The translations under genes were made by a program, and so were the position numbers. Of a stretch of 25,362 nucleotides of DNA, positions 1-7,701 are shown piece by piece. Position 1 is the stretch's first letter; each line of letters opens with the position of its first letter. Location of the stretch: assembly GCA_049472355.1 (NCBI GenBank), contig JBLIRP010000041.1:1-25362 (forward strand), written 5' to 3'. The notes under the pieces are model-generated. The model was not told where the DNA came from and did no database searches. It worked only from the letters and a program-made list of their open reading frames with translations. This DNA comes from a bacterium (lineage in GTDB: Bacteria > SZUA-182 > DTGQ01 > JAFGSM01).

Positions 1-26
1 TTGTTGTAAAGTCTGTTTTCAGGCAT
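1..26 (-). CDS. 5' end of the next operon gene (MPENRLYN...), truncated by the window edge; product unknown
   Basis: ATG at 26-24 overlaps the stop of the upstream gene (ATGCCTGA) and is preceded by GAGGAG at 36-31; only 8 codons are visible. Confidence 0.6.
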
Positions 27-1230
27 TTTTCTCCTCTGCTTCACCAAGGGAATATTTCAAAAGTTCTCTCAATTCGACATTGATCGATCCCTTATTCTTC
101 GAAAGAAACTTTTGTATGGTCATCACCTGCAAGGCCCCGGTGGGGCAATTGCTCACGCATGCCCTTGTACTGTACTCGGCACACCCATCACACTTTATGG
201 CGATGCGAGCCTTCCGTCTCTTCATAATATTGTTGTCGATGTACTCGAGGGTAATGGCATCGGTCGGACAGATCTTCGCACACTCACCGCACCCGGTGCA
301 GGTATCGGAGAGTTCCATGAAGGGTGTGCCGATCCTTCGCCGAACCCCGCGCTCTGAAAAACAGATCGCATTGGCGCCGATCACCTCTTCGCACACGCGA
401 ATACAAAGGCCGCAGAGTATGCATTTGTCAGGGTCATGCCGTGGACTGAAACGGCTTTTTTCGAGGCCCATCTCACGGGCCATGTCCCTGATCAATTCAG
501 ACTCCGGGCACCGGGCCATGAGCAGCTCCAGGATCATGCGCCGGTACTTCTCGATTTTTTCCGAGGTGGTTTTCACCGCGATGCCCTCCTGCACCGGATA
601 TACGCAGGAAGGGACACGCCGGGTGCGGTTTCCCCGCGTCACCTCCACGATGCACAATCGGCACACCCCAACCGTGCTCACCGACTGGTGGTAACACAGC
701 CGCGGGATCTTGATACCGTAGCGGTCCGCGACCTCGATGAGGGTCTCTCCCTTCTTACCGACCACCCGTTCCCCGTCGATGCTGAATTCGATCAGTTCCT
801 CCTGTGGCCGGTATTCAAGGACAACCCGTTCCTCCATACTCGGGTGCTTCTTGAGGTAGTCCTTGATCGCGACAAGAAGCCGGCTCGTGTAATCCTCCGT
901 CTTGATGATACAATCCGTGGCACCCATCCGCACCACATCCTCGGCAATACCCTCGTTTCTCAGGCTGACCAGCATGATCACCGGCTTTCTAAACCGGTAT
1001 GTCTGCCTGATCTGTCTCAATGCTTGTCTGCCCTCCATTTCAGGCAAATCGTTGTCGATGATGATCAGATCGTATCCTGCGGATTTACCCAGACGGTCAA
1101 AGCACTGCTCCGCCGTATTGATATGCTCGATCACAAAGGATTCGTCAAATGCATGGATCTCCTTCTTCATCAACTGGGCATGGATAGGGTCGTCCTCGAC
1201 CATTAGAATCGTTACCATCGGCTTTTCCAT
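19..1230 (-). CDS. Receiver (REC) domain fused to a NuoG/HydA/HoxU-type N-terminal Fe-S module ([2Fe-2S] + 2x[4Fe-4S]) plus one extra C-terminal ferredoxin Cys group; no catalytic domain
   Basis: REC: ILMVEDD, YDLIIID, GATDCIIK. [2Fe-2S]: IPRLCYH..GVCRLCIVEV..PSC. Two ferredoxin motifs: CILCGLCIRVC and CTGCGECAKICP. Extra motif KCDGCAEYSTRACVSNCPTGAL. RBS GAGGTGAGG upstream. Confidence 0.88.
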   Translation of the reverse strand: MEKPMVTILMVEDDPIHAQLMKKEIHAFDESFVIEHINTAEQCFDRLGKSAGYDLIIIDNDLPEMEGRQALRQIRQTYRFRKPVIMLVSLRNEGIAEDVVRMGATDCIIKTEDYTSRLLVAIKDYLKKHPSMEERVVLEYRPQEELIEFSIDGERVVGKKGETLIEVADRYGIKIPRLCYHQSVSTVGVCRLCIVEVTRGNRTRRVPSCVYPVQEGIAVKTTSEKIEKYRRMILELLMARCPESELIRDMAREMGLEKSRFSPRHDPDKCILCGLCIRVCEEVIGANAICFSERGVRRRIGTPFMELSDTCTGCGECAKICPTDAITLEYIDNNIMKRRKARIAIKCDGCAEYSTRACVSNCPTGALQVMTIQKFLSKNKGSINVELRELLKYSLGEAEEKNA

Positions 1231-1315
1231 GACCTCACCTCTTTATTCCTCCTTAATTCCGGAATGGCATGCTGTTAGAGGGCAAATACTCCCACATGAT
1301 AGACGAGTATCGGCG

Positions 1316-2173
1316 TTACGAAAATTTACTCAGGATCAGGTTGATCTTATCAGGGGTAACCTTCCCGAAATACTCTCCGTCAATAACGATAACCGGACCC
1401 AAGGCGCATGCCCCCAGGCAGTTGACCGTTTCCAGGGTGAATTTTAAATCCTGCGTGGTTCCGCCGGCCTTTATCTTGAGAGACCTCTCCAGCTCTTCCA
1501 GGATCTTCCCCGCACCCCTTACATGGCAAGCGGTTCCCAAACATACGTGAATGGTGTGCCTGCCCCGGGGGGTAAGACTGAAGGCGGCATAAAAGGTCAC
1601 CACATTATAGATCCGATTCAGGGGCACGCCGATGCTGCTCGAAAGGGCCAGCAGGGCCTCCCTGGGCAGGTAATTGAATACACCCTGGATGTCCTGCAGC
1701 ATGCCGATCAGAAAACTCGGGTTCCGCTGGTATTTGCCGACGATCTCCTCGATCTTTCCGGTGTCGATTGAGGCCGGTTTCTTTTCTTCCACCGGTTTTA
1801 CGGTTTTCAATCCCAAAATGGAAAGGAATTTCTCCTTGTAGGAGGCCTCGGTATCCTGCCCGGAGAACACGAGGATTGCATTGTAGGGGCAGCTCCTCAT
1901 ACATAAACCGCACCCCACGCAATTGGCGGTTACGACAATATGTCCTTCCTCGTCACGTTCGACCCCACCCCGGTTGCACGCCTCGATGCACCTCGGGTCC
2001 CGGCAGATCCTACACAGGTTGGGAACAAGGCTGATCCCGATAAGCGCGGAGCGTTCCCTTACGTGCCTCGACACATCCTTGTGCCTGCGCTTGCACGCAT
2101 CGATACAGTTCGCGCAATTGAGACAATGCTTGATGTTACAGACGACTATCGATGTTTTTTCCATTGTGCTCAT
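1316..2173 (-). CDS. DmsB/CooF-type ferredoxin fragment (three Cys groups) fused to a NuoE/HydC-type [2Fe-2S] subunit
   Basis: N-terminus: CLNCANCIDAC, CRICRDPRCIEAC, CVGCGLCMRSCP. C-terminus: LIGMLQDIQ..YLP, VVTFY, CLGTACHVRG, CLGACALGP, typical of NuoE. Confidence 0.9.
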   Translation of the reverse strand: MSTMEKTSIVVCNIKHCLNCANCIDACKRRHKDVSRHVRERSALIGISLVPNLCRICRDPRCIEACNRGGVERDEEGHIVVTANCVGCGLCMRSCPYNAILVFSGQDTEASYKEKFLSILGLKTVKPVEEKKPASIDTGKIEEIVGKYQRNPSFLIGMLQDIQGVFNYLPREALLALSSSIGVPLNRIYNVVTFYAAFSLTPRGRHTIHVCLGTACHVRGAGKILEELERSLKIKAGGTTQDLKFTLETVNCLGACALGPVIVIDGEYFGKVTPDKINLILSKFS

Positions 2174-2208
2174 TACTCCACAGAGGGTTCATCTGAAATC
2201 CCGATCCG

Positions 2209-4068
2209 TTACACAACCTTAATTGCCTCGAATTTGCAGTTCTCGCGACAGATGCCGCACTTGATGCACTTTTCCTGGTCTATGGTATGCGGTTTTTTCT
2301 TCTCGCCGCTTATAGCCCCCTGGGGGCAGAACTTTACGCAGCGGCCGCACCCGATGCATTTCTGCTCATTGATGGAAAAGGTGATAAGCTCCTTGCATAC
2401 CCCGGCAGGACAGCGTTTATCCTTGATGTGGGCATCGTACTCCTCGCGGAAATAGCGAATCGTTGAAAGGACGGGATTGGGAGCGGACCCACCGAGGGCA
2501 CAGAGGGAGTTCTCCTTGATAAACTCGCTCAACTCCTGGAGCAAATCAATATCCCCCTCATTTCCCCTTCCCTCGGTGATGTTGGTGAGTATCTCCAGCA
2601 TCCTGTTCAACCCCTCACGGCAGGGGACGCATTTGCCGCAGGACTCCTCGGTGAGAAAGGCAATGAAGTATTTCGCCACGTCCACCATGCAGGTGACCTC
2701 ATCCATGACGATCATGCCGCCCGACCCCATCATCGATCCCGCCTCGGTCAGCTTGTCAAAGTCAACAGGAATATCGATGATGGATTCCGGGATACACCCA
2801 CCGGACGGTCCCCCTGTCTGCACCGCCTTGAACTTCTTTCCTCCAGGGATACCCCCGCCGATATCAAAGATGATCTCCCTGAGGCTGATCCCCATGGGCA
2901 CCTCAACCAGTCCGGTGTTGTTTATCTTTCCGACCAGGGAGAAAATCTTCGTCCCCTTGCTCCCGTCGGTCCCGATCTGTGAATACCAGTCAGCGCCGCG
3001 GTCGATGATCAGGGGGACATTTGCCAAGGTCTCCACATTGTTGATGACCGTAGGTTTGTTATACAGCCCGCTCTCAACGGTGTGGATATATTTGGGCCGC
3101 GGTTCCCCCGGCTTTCCCTCCAGCGAGGCAATGAGCGCGGTGGATTCCCCGCATACGAAGGCCCCTCCCCCTTTTGAAATCACGATATCAAAGTCGAAAT
3201 CAAAACCGAGGATCCGCTCCCCGAGAAGCCCCGATTCCCGCGCCTGTTTCAAGGCGATGGTCAGGTTTTCAACGGCAAGGGGGTATTCGTTGCGCACGTA
3301 TACATATCCGTGGCGTGAGCCGATGGCATAGGCGCCGATGATCATCCCTTCCACCACGCTGTGGGGGTTCCCTTCAAGGAGGCTTCGATCCATGTATGCC
3401 CCTGGATCGCCCTCGTCGGCATTGCAGATGATGTAGCGGACCCCGTCGGGCGCATGGGCCTTGTGGGCTGATTCCCATTTCCTGCCGGTATGGAACCCGC
3501 CGCCGCCTCGTCCCCGAAGCCCCGATTTCTTTATCTCCTCGATCACCTGGACAGGGGTCATGGAGGAGAGGGCCTTGGCAAGGGCGGCATAGCCGCCGAT
3601 CATGACATAATCCTCTATGCTGGTGGGATCCAGAATGCCGTTATTGCCGAAAATGATCCGTTCCTGTCCTTTATAAAAGGGCACCTCCTCCTCGTACTGC
3701 GCACGGTTGCCGGTCACCGGGTCCACATAGAGAAGCTTTTCGATGATGTTCCCCTTGAGAATGGTCTCTTCAACGATCGCGGGAATATCCTCAATGCCTA
3801 CCCTCTGGTAGAGGATCTTTTTCGGGTGAATGACGATTAGTGGACCGCGTTCGCAAAAGCCGTGGCACCCGGTTAATTTCAAATCAACCTTATCGCTTAT
3901 TCCATGTTTCTCGATCTCCCTGCGAAAGGTATCGACCACATCCATGCATTTATAGGCCCTGCAGCCGGTTCCGGTGCAGATTGATATGATGCTCTTTTCG
4001 GTATCCCGCTGCTTATTAATTTCCTCTCGTAACTGTTTCAGGTCAGCTACCGAGAACAATCTCTTCAT
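2209..4068 (-). CDS. NuoF/HydB/HndC-type FMN- and NAD(H)-binding subunit with N-terminal thioredoxin-like [2Fe-2S] domain and C-terminal 2x[4Fe-4S] domain
   Basis: CTGTGC..GCHGFCERGP; SGLRGRGGGGF; CNADEGDPGAYMDR; GAFVCGE; GGPSGGC; ESCGKCVPCREG..SLCALG; HIKDKRCPAGVC; CIGCGRCVKFCP and CIKCGICRENC. Confidence 0.95.
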   Translation of the reverse strand: MKRLFSVADLKQLREEINKQRDTEKSIISICTGTGCRAYKCMDVVDTFRREIEKHGISDKVDLKLTGCHGFCERGPLIVIHPKKILYQRVGIEDIPAIVEETILKGNIIEKLLYVDPVTGNRAQYEEEVPFYKGQERIIFGNNGILDPTSIEDYVMIGGYAALAKALSSMTPVQVIEEIKKSGLRGRGGGGFHTGRKWESAHKAHAPDGVRYIICNADEGDPGAYMDRSLLEGNPHSVVEGMIIGAYAIGSRHGYVYVRNEYPLAVENLTIALKQARESGLLGERILGFDFDFDIVISKGGGAFVCGESTALIASLEGKPGEPRPKYIHTVESGLYNKPTVINNVETLANVPLIIDRGADWYSQIGTDGSKGTKIFSLVGKINNTGLVEVPMGISLREIIFDIGGGIPGGKKFKAVQTGGPSGGCIPESIIDIPVDFDKLTEAGSMMGSGGMIVMDEVTCMVDVAKYFIAFLTEESCGKCVPCREGLNRMLEILTNITEGRGNEGDIDLLQELSEFIKENSLCALGGSAPNPVLSTIRYFREEYDAHIKDKRCPAGVCKELITFSINEQKCIGCGRCVKFCPQGAISGEKKKPHTIDQEKCIKCGICRENCKFEAIKVV

Positions 4069-4260
4069 GTCTCCACATTCTCCTTCCTTCTTTCCCTATA
4101 CCGTATTAATGCATGGCCTGAAGGTAAAAAGCCGTTTTATCACAACATGCGCGTGGGCACGCTTTGTGTGAATCCTGTGATATTATTTCATATAAAATCA
4201 GTATGTTGGTAGAGACTTAAGGGTTTAGTTTCCCGGAATTTTTTTTGCAAAGGCTGCCTC

Positions 4261-4289
4261 AAAATATCACAACCTTTTTGTAAAATCAA
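4261..4289 (-). promoter_or_regulatory. Candidate sigma70 promoter for the redox operon
   Basis: Minus strand reads TTGATT-N17-TATTTT with an extended -10 TG, in an AT-rich intergenic region about 190 bp upstream of the start codon. Confidence 0.45.
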
Positions 4290-4450
4290 GTCTGATGAAT
4301 ATCTTTTGGGTAGGATTCAGAATAGGTTTCTGTGTATAAAATTGATTATTATTATTGTGATATCATATGATTAATCATAATTTGAAATAACTGTATAACA
4401 AAATATTTTAAAAAAGAAACGATGTTTTGAATTACGAGAATTGCTCGATA

Positions 4451-5152
4451 TCAGCGATGTCTCGGGCTCGATCGCCAGTTGATCTCGGCCTCGGAAGGCC
4501 GAATATAGACCGGAACGAGATCCTCGGGTCCCACGCCCTTCCCCTGGGAGAGCCGATCCATGCCCCTCATCGCCAGGACGGAGGCCCTCGGAAAATTGAA
4601 GGGGGGCGTAAGAAACACCGCCTTCTCCTTGAGGCCCTGTCGAAAAAACGCCCCATAGGGAATCAGGCCGTTTCCCACCAGGATGGTCGGCTCGGTGATC
4701 TTCTCCATAAGGATCTCCGGGGAAACAACCATCTCCGGGGTGCGACTCACCAACTCCGATCCGCGCCATTCGAAGATACAGGCGAAGACCTCCCCCTTCC
4801 GGGCGTCGATAACGGGACAGATGGGCATCCGGGCAAGGGGTATTCCGAGCGCCAGTGTTTCAAGACTGGACACTCCCGCCATCGGTTTCCCTGCCGCAAA
4901 GGCCAGGCCTTTTGCCGTGGCCAGGCCGATTCTCAAGCCGGTGAAGGAGCCGGGGCCTATAGATACGCATATCCCGTCACAGTCCTTGAGCATTGTGCCC
5001 GTTTCCCGAAATATCCGGTCAATGCCCGGGAGAAGACGTTCGGAGTGTGAGGAGGGGCTGTTGATGTTCACCTCGGCAACGATCCCTTTGTTGTCGTCCG
5101 CAAGGGCCACACCCCCCATCCACGTGGCGGTCTCTATACCGAGCACCAGCAC
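4451..5152 (-). CDS. tsaB: tRNA threonylcarbamoyladenosine biosynthesis protein TsaB
   Basis: VLGIETAT, HSERLLPGI, GPGSFTGLRIG, IDARKGEV, LVPVYIRPSEAE; GTG start 2 nt after the upstream stop. Confidence 0.95.
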   Translation of the reverse strand: MLVLGIETATWMGGVALADDNKGIVAEVNINSPSSHSERLLPGIDRIFRETGTMLKDCDGICVSIGPGSFTGLRIGLATAKGLAFAAGKPMAGVSSLETLALGIPLARMPICPVIDARKGEVFACIFEWRGSELVSRTPEMVVSPEILMEKITEPTILVGNGLIPYGAFFRQGLKEKAVFLTPPFNFPRASVLAMRGMDRLSQGKGVGPEDLVPVYIRPSEAEINWRSSPRHR

Positions 5153-5154
5153 CG

Positions 5155-5901
5155 CTATTCCCTCTTTCGATAGTCATCGCCGACGATCTCCAGCACCTGG
5201 CACATCTCGTACAGGCGAGAGCGAAGACGGTATCCGATACGTTCGGTCAGGGTATCCTCCTCGTCCTCGGCATCATCCATCCAGTTCGAGGTGATGATCG
5301 TGATCCGCTTCTCGCTATACCGCTGGTTGATGATATAGGTGAGGGTGTCGCGCATCCATTCGGTGACCTTTTGGGCCCCCAGTTCATCCAGCACGAGCAC
5401 CTCCTTCTCGAGAACCGGCCCCAGGACCGCACTTTCGGACAGGGAGGAATGCACATTGTAGGTGGATTTTATCTCGGTAAGGAGATCTCGGAAGTCATAG
5501 AAGATGCAGGGCACTCCCTTTCGGTTGATCAATTCGAGAATGATGGCCACCGCAAGGTGCGTCTTGCCCACACCGCAGCGCCCCATGAAAAGGAATCCCT
5601 CGTTGACCACCGGAAATTGGCGAACGAATTTCTCCGCCATCTCCTTTACCATCCCGAGGCTTACCTGATTCCTTCCGGAGTGTGGCTGAGGCGGCTGTTT
5701 TCCCTTCGGCATGATCTGAAAATTATCCAGGAGGCAGTGCCTGTACCTGAAGGGAATCCTCGCGGAGTCGAGCAACTGCTTGCGCCGTTTCACCAGGTAA
5801 CAGTCGCACCGGCGAACAGTCTCGATCCCGTCTTCCTCCTGCACGACCCATCCGGAATCATGACACACCGGACAGGGACCGGTTCTTTCCTCAAGTTGCA
5901 T
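5155..5901 (-). CDS. DnaC/DnaI/IstB-family AAA+ ATPase (helicase-loader-like) with N-terminal Zn-binding motif
   Basis: CPVC..CDC; Walker A GRCGVGKTHLA; Walker B VLVLDELG; ITSN; RLRSRL. ATG at 5901 has a GGAGG RBS and overlaps the upstream stop (the ORF track start at 5922 is less likely). Confidence 0.88.
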   Translation of the reverse strand: MQLEERTGPCPVCHDSGWVVQEEDGIETVRRCDCYLVKRRKQLLDSARIPFRYRHCLLDNFQIMPKGKQPPQPHSGRNQVSLGMVKEMAEKFVRQFPVVNEGFLFMGRCGVGKTHLAVAIILELINRKGVPCIFYDFRDLLTEIKSTYNVHSSLSESAVLGPVLEKEVLVLDELGAQKVTEWMRDTLTYIINQRYSEKRITIITSNWMDDAEDEEDTLTERIGYRLRSRLYEMCQVLEIVGDDYRKRE

Positions 5902-6598
5902 ACAGACTGATCCTCCGTGCATTCACCTTGTTGCGCACCAGGCTCTCCATACCAAGTTCGAGGGTTTCGCGGTAGGTGTCTCGATCCATTTGCTGTCTAT
6001 ACGGTGCCAATTCCGCCTCCACCTCCCGCAGCCACGATTCCTTCGCCTCAGAGGGGAGGAGGCTCAAGAGTGCCTGCATATACCCCTGATCGAGCATGGA
6101 GAGTCTCCCTTCGATCCCGTCGATGTTGATGTCCTCCGGGGCCTCGATCTCGTGCTCAATCCTGTCAAACTCGCCGGACCACCTTACTGTGTCGAGTGCA
6201 CGCGCCTTGAGATCCCCCCACTCTCCCTCTGCCCGGGCCTCATCGCACAGCCCCCGGCGTATGCAGGCCATCCTTGTGCGGAGCATTGCGGTTATTGGTT
6301 CCTCTCCGTGATGATCGCCTTTCCTGTCATCCTCGGGGGCGCCAAGGAGCGACCGTCGATGCTCCTTCCACAACCTCATTATCTCGGGCTCGCAGTAGGT
6401 CAACAGATCGATCCGTTCCTCCCCTTCCTGGTGGGTGGCGCGAAACCCACGGCATGTCTTCCGGATCCCCTTGCACACGATATGGACGGGGATGCCCATC
6501 TGCTCCCATCGTTCGGCAACGACCCAGTTCCGAGGGGAAAGGACTGTCCCCTGCCTCCGGTATTTGAAAAAATATTCCTCTATCTTTGCAAGATACAT
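5891..6598 (-). CDS. Hypothetical protein with a DnaD-domain-like N-terminus, overlapping the DnaC-like gene
   Basis: IEEYF..LSPRNWVVAERWEQMGIPVHIVCKGI resembles the LSP..W..P..V...I pattern of DnaD/DnaB_2 domains. ATG at 6598 is preceded by GAGG. The CDS is solid; the function is inferred. Confidence 0.65.
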   Translation of the reverse strand: MYLAKIEEYFFKYRRQGTVLSPRNWVVAERWEQMGIPVHIVCKGIRKTCRGFRATHQEGEERIDLLTYCEPEIMRLWKEHRRSLLGAPEDDRKGDHHGEEPITAMLRTRMACIRRGLCDEARAEGEWGDLKARALDTVRWSGEFDRIEHEIEAPEDINIDGIEGRLSMLDQGYMQALLSLLPSEAKESWLREVEAELAPYRQQMDRDTYRETLELGMESLVRNKVNARRISLYAT

Positions 6599-6640
6599 AT
6601 GCGCCTCGAGAAAACCAATACAATAAATGTCCAATATCCT

Positions 6641-6889
6641 GCGGGAAGGGGGTTGCGCCTGTGTGCCTGCGGATGAGCACTACAGCCTGTAGCGCGAAGA
6701 TGACGTTTAGCACGCCAACCGAACTTTGTTAGAGCTGAGCGAAGCGAAGCTACTATAACGCGGCTTCTTCTGAAAACCTGTAAAGCGTGTTTCATTTTCG
6801 AGCCCAAAGGGCGAGTTGAGGCGTGCCCGAAGCGAGCCTTACAGGCTGTGTGCAAGGGAGCCGAAACAAAAGGCGCACCCCCTTCCCGC
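6641..6889. repeat. About 250-bp palindromic intergenic element (MITE/REP-like or structured RNA)
   Basis: Terminal inverted repeat GCGGGAAGGGGGTTGCGCCT (6641-6660) / AGGCGCACCCCCTTCCCGC (6871-6889); inner arms 6677-6691 / 6840-6853 and 6777-6793 / 6829-6845. Confidence 0.75.
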
Positions 6890-6915
6890 CAATCCTTGAA
6901 GTATTGAGCAGCTTC

Positions 6916-7701
6916 CTAACGCCCCCCGCCCCTCCTTCTCTCATAGATAATCCTCAACCCCTGGAGGGTGAGATGAGGGTCCACCACATCGATGCATTCC
7001 GCCTCTTCCTGGATGGCCGAGGCCCATCCGCCGGTTGCCACCACCCGGCTGTTCACGCCCATTTCACTCCTCATGCGCTCCACGATGCCCTTCACCAGTG
7101 AGGCATATCCGAACAGGAGACCCGCCCTGATGGCATCATCGGTGTTTTTTGCAATCACGGAGGCGGGTCTCTGCCACGTGACCGGTGACAATCGCTCCGC
7201 GCGTCCAATGAGCGCTTCCAGAGAAACACCGATACCCGGGACGATACACCCCCCCAAAAATTCACCCTCCGGGGACAGTGCACAGAAGGTGGTGGCGGTG
7301 CCGAAATCGATGATGATGAGCGGGGCACCATACTGTTCATTGGCGGCAACCGCATTGACGATGCGGTCAGCGCCGATCTGTTTGGGATCGGGATAGGCAA
7401 CCGGGATGTATTCCTCCATTCCGGGATCGATCTCCAGAGGGGTGCAGCCGAGATAATTCCGGCACATCTCCTTTACCCTGTCGGTAAGGGAAGGCACCAC
7501 GCTGGACATCACGGCGCCGGCGATCCTCTCCGCCGAAATATCCGCCCCCCGGAAGGCATCCAGCACCAGACACCCGAACTCGTCCGCGGTCTGATCCTTT
7601 TTGGTGTGAAAACGCCATTCCTTCACCAGGCGTTTGCCGTCGAACACCCCGACCAGGATGGTGGTGTTGCCGATATCCACTGCTATGAGCAGACCTGACA
7701 T
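6916..7701 (-). CDS. coaX: Type III pantothenate kinase
   Basis: IAVDIGNT, SSVVP, IGADRIVN, IIDFGTATT, GGCIVPG, VATGG; ATG at 7701 with GGAGGG RBS. Confidence 0.95.
   Translation of the reverse strand: MSGLLIAVDIGNTTILVGVFDGKRLVKEWRFHTKKDQTADEFGCLVLDAFRGADISAERIAGAVMSSVVPSLTDRVKEMCRNYLGCTPLEIDPGMEEYIPVAYPDPKQIGADRIVNAVAANEQYGAPLIIIDFGTATTFCALSPEGEFLGGCIVPGIGVSLEALIGRAERLSPVTWQRPASVIAKNTDDAIRAGLLFGYASLVKGIVERMRSEMGVNSRVVATGGWASAIQEEAECIDVVDPHLTLQGLRIIYERRRGGGR

Noticed and set aside
19..4068. Calling the operon respiratory complex I (nuoEFG) or an [FeFe]-hydrogenase
   Set aside because: No membrane nuo genes or H-cluster motifs are visible and the domain layout differs, so no gene symbols were assigned.
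5155..5901. IS21-family element (IstB)
   Set aside because: There is no IstA transposase or IS ends, and the gene is tightly coupled to tsaB and its upstream ORF.
6641..6889. 6S RNA, SRP RNA or tRNA
   Set aside because: There is no cloverleaf or SRP loop motif, it is longer than typical 6S RNA, and it shares motifs with a second locus, favouring a repeat family. An Rfam scan is needed to exclude these formally.
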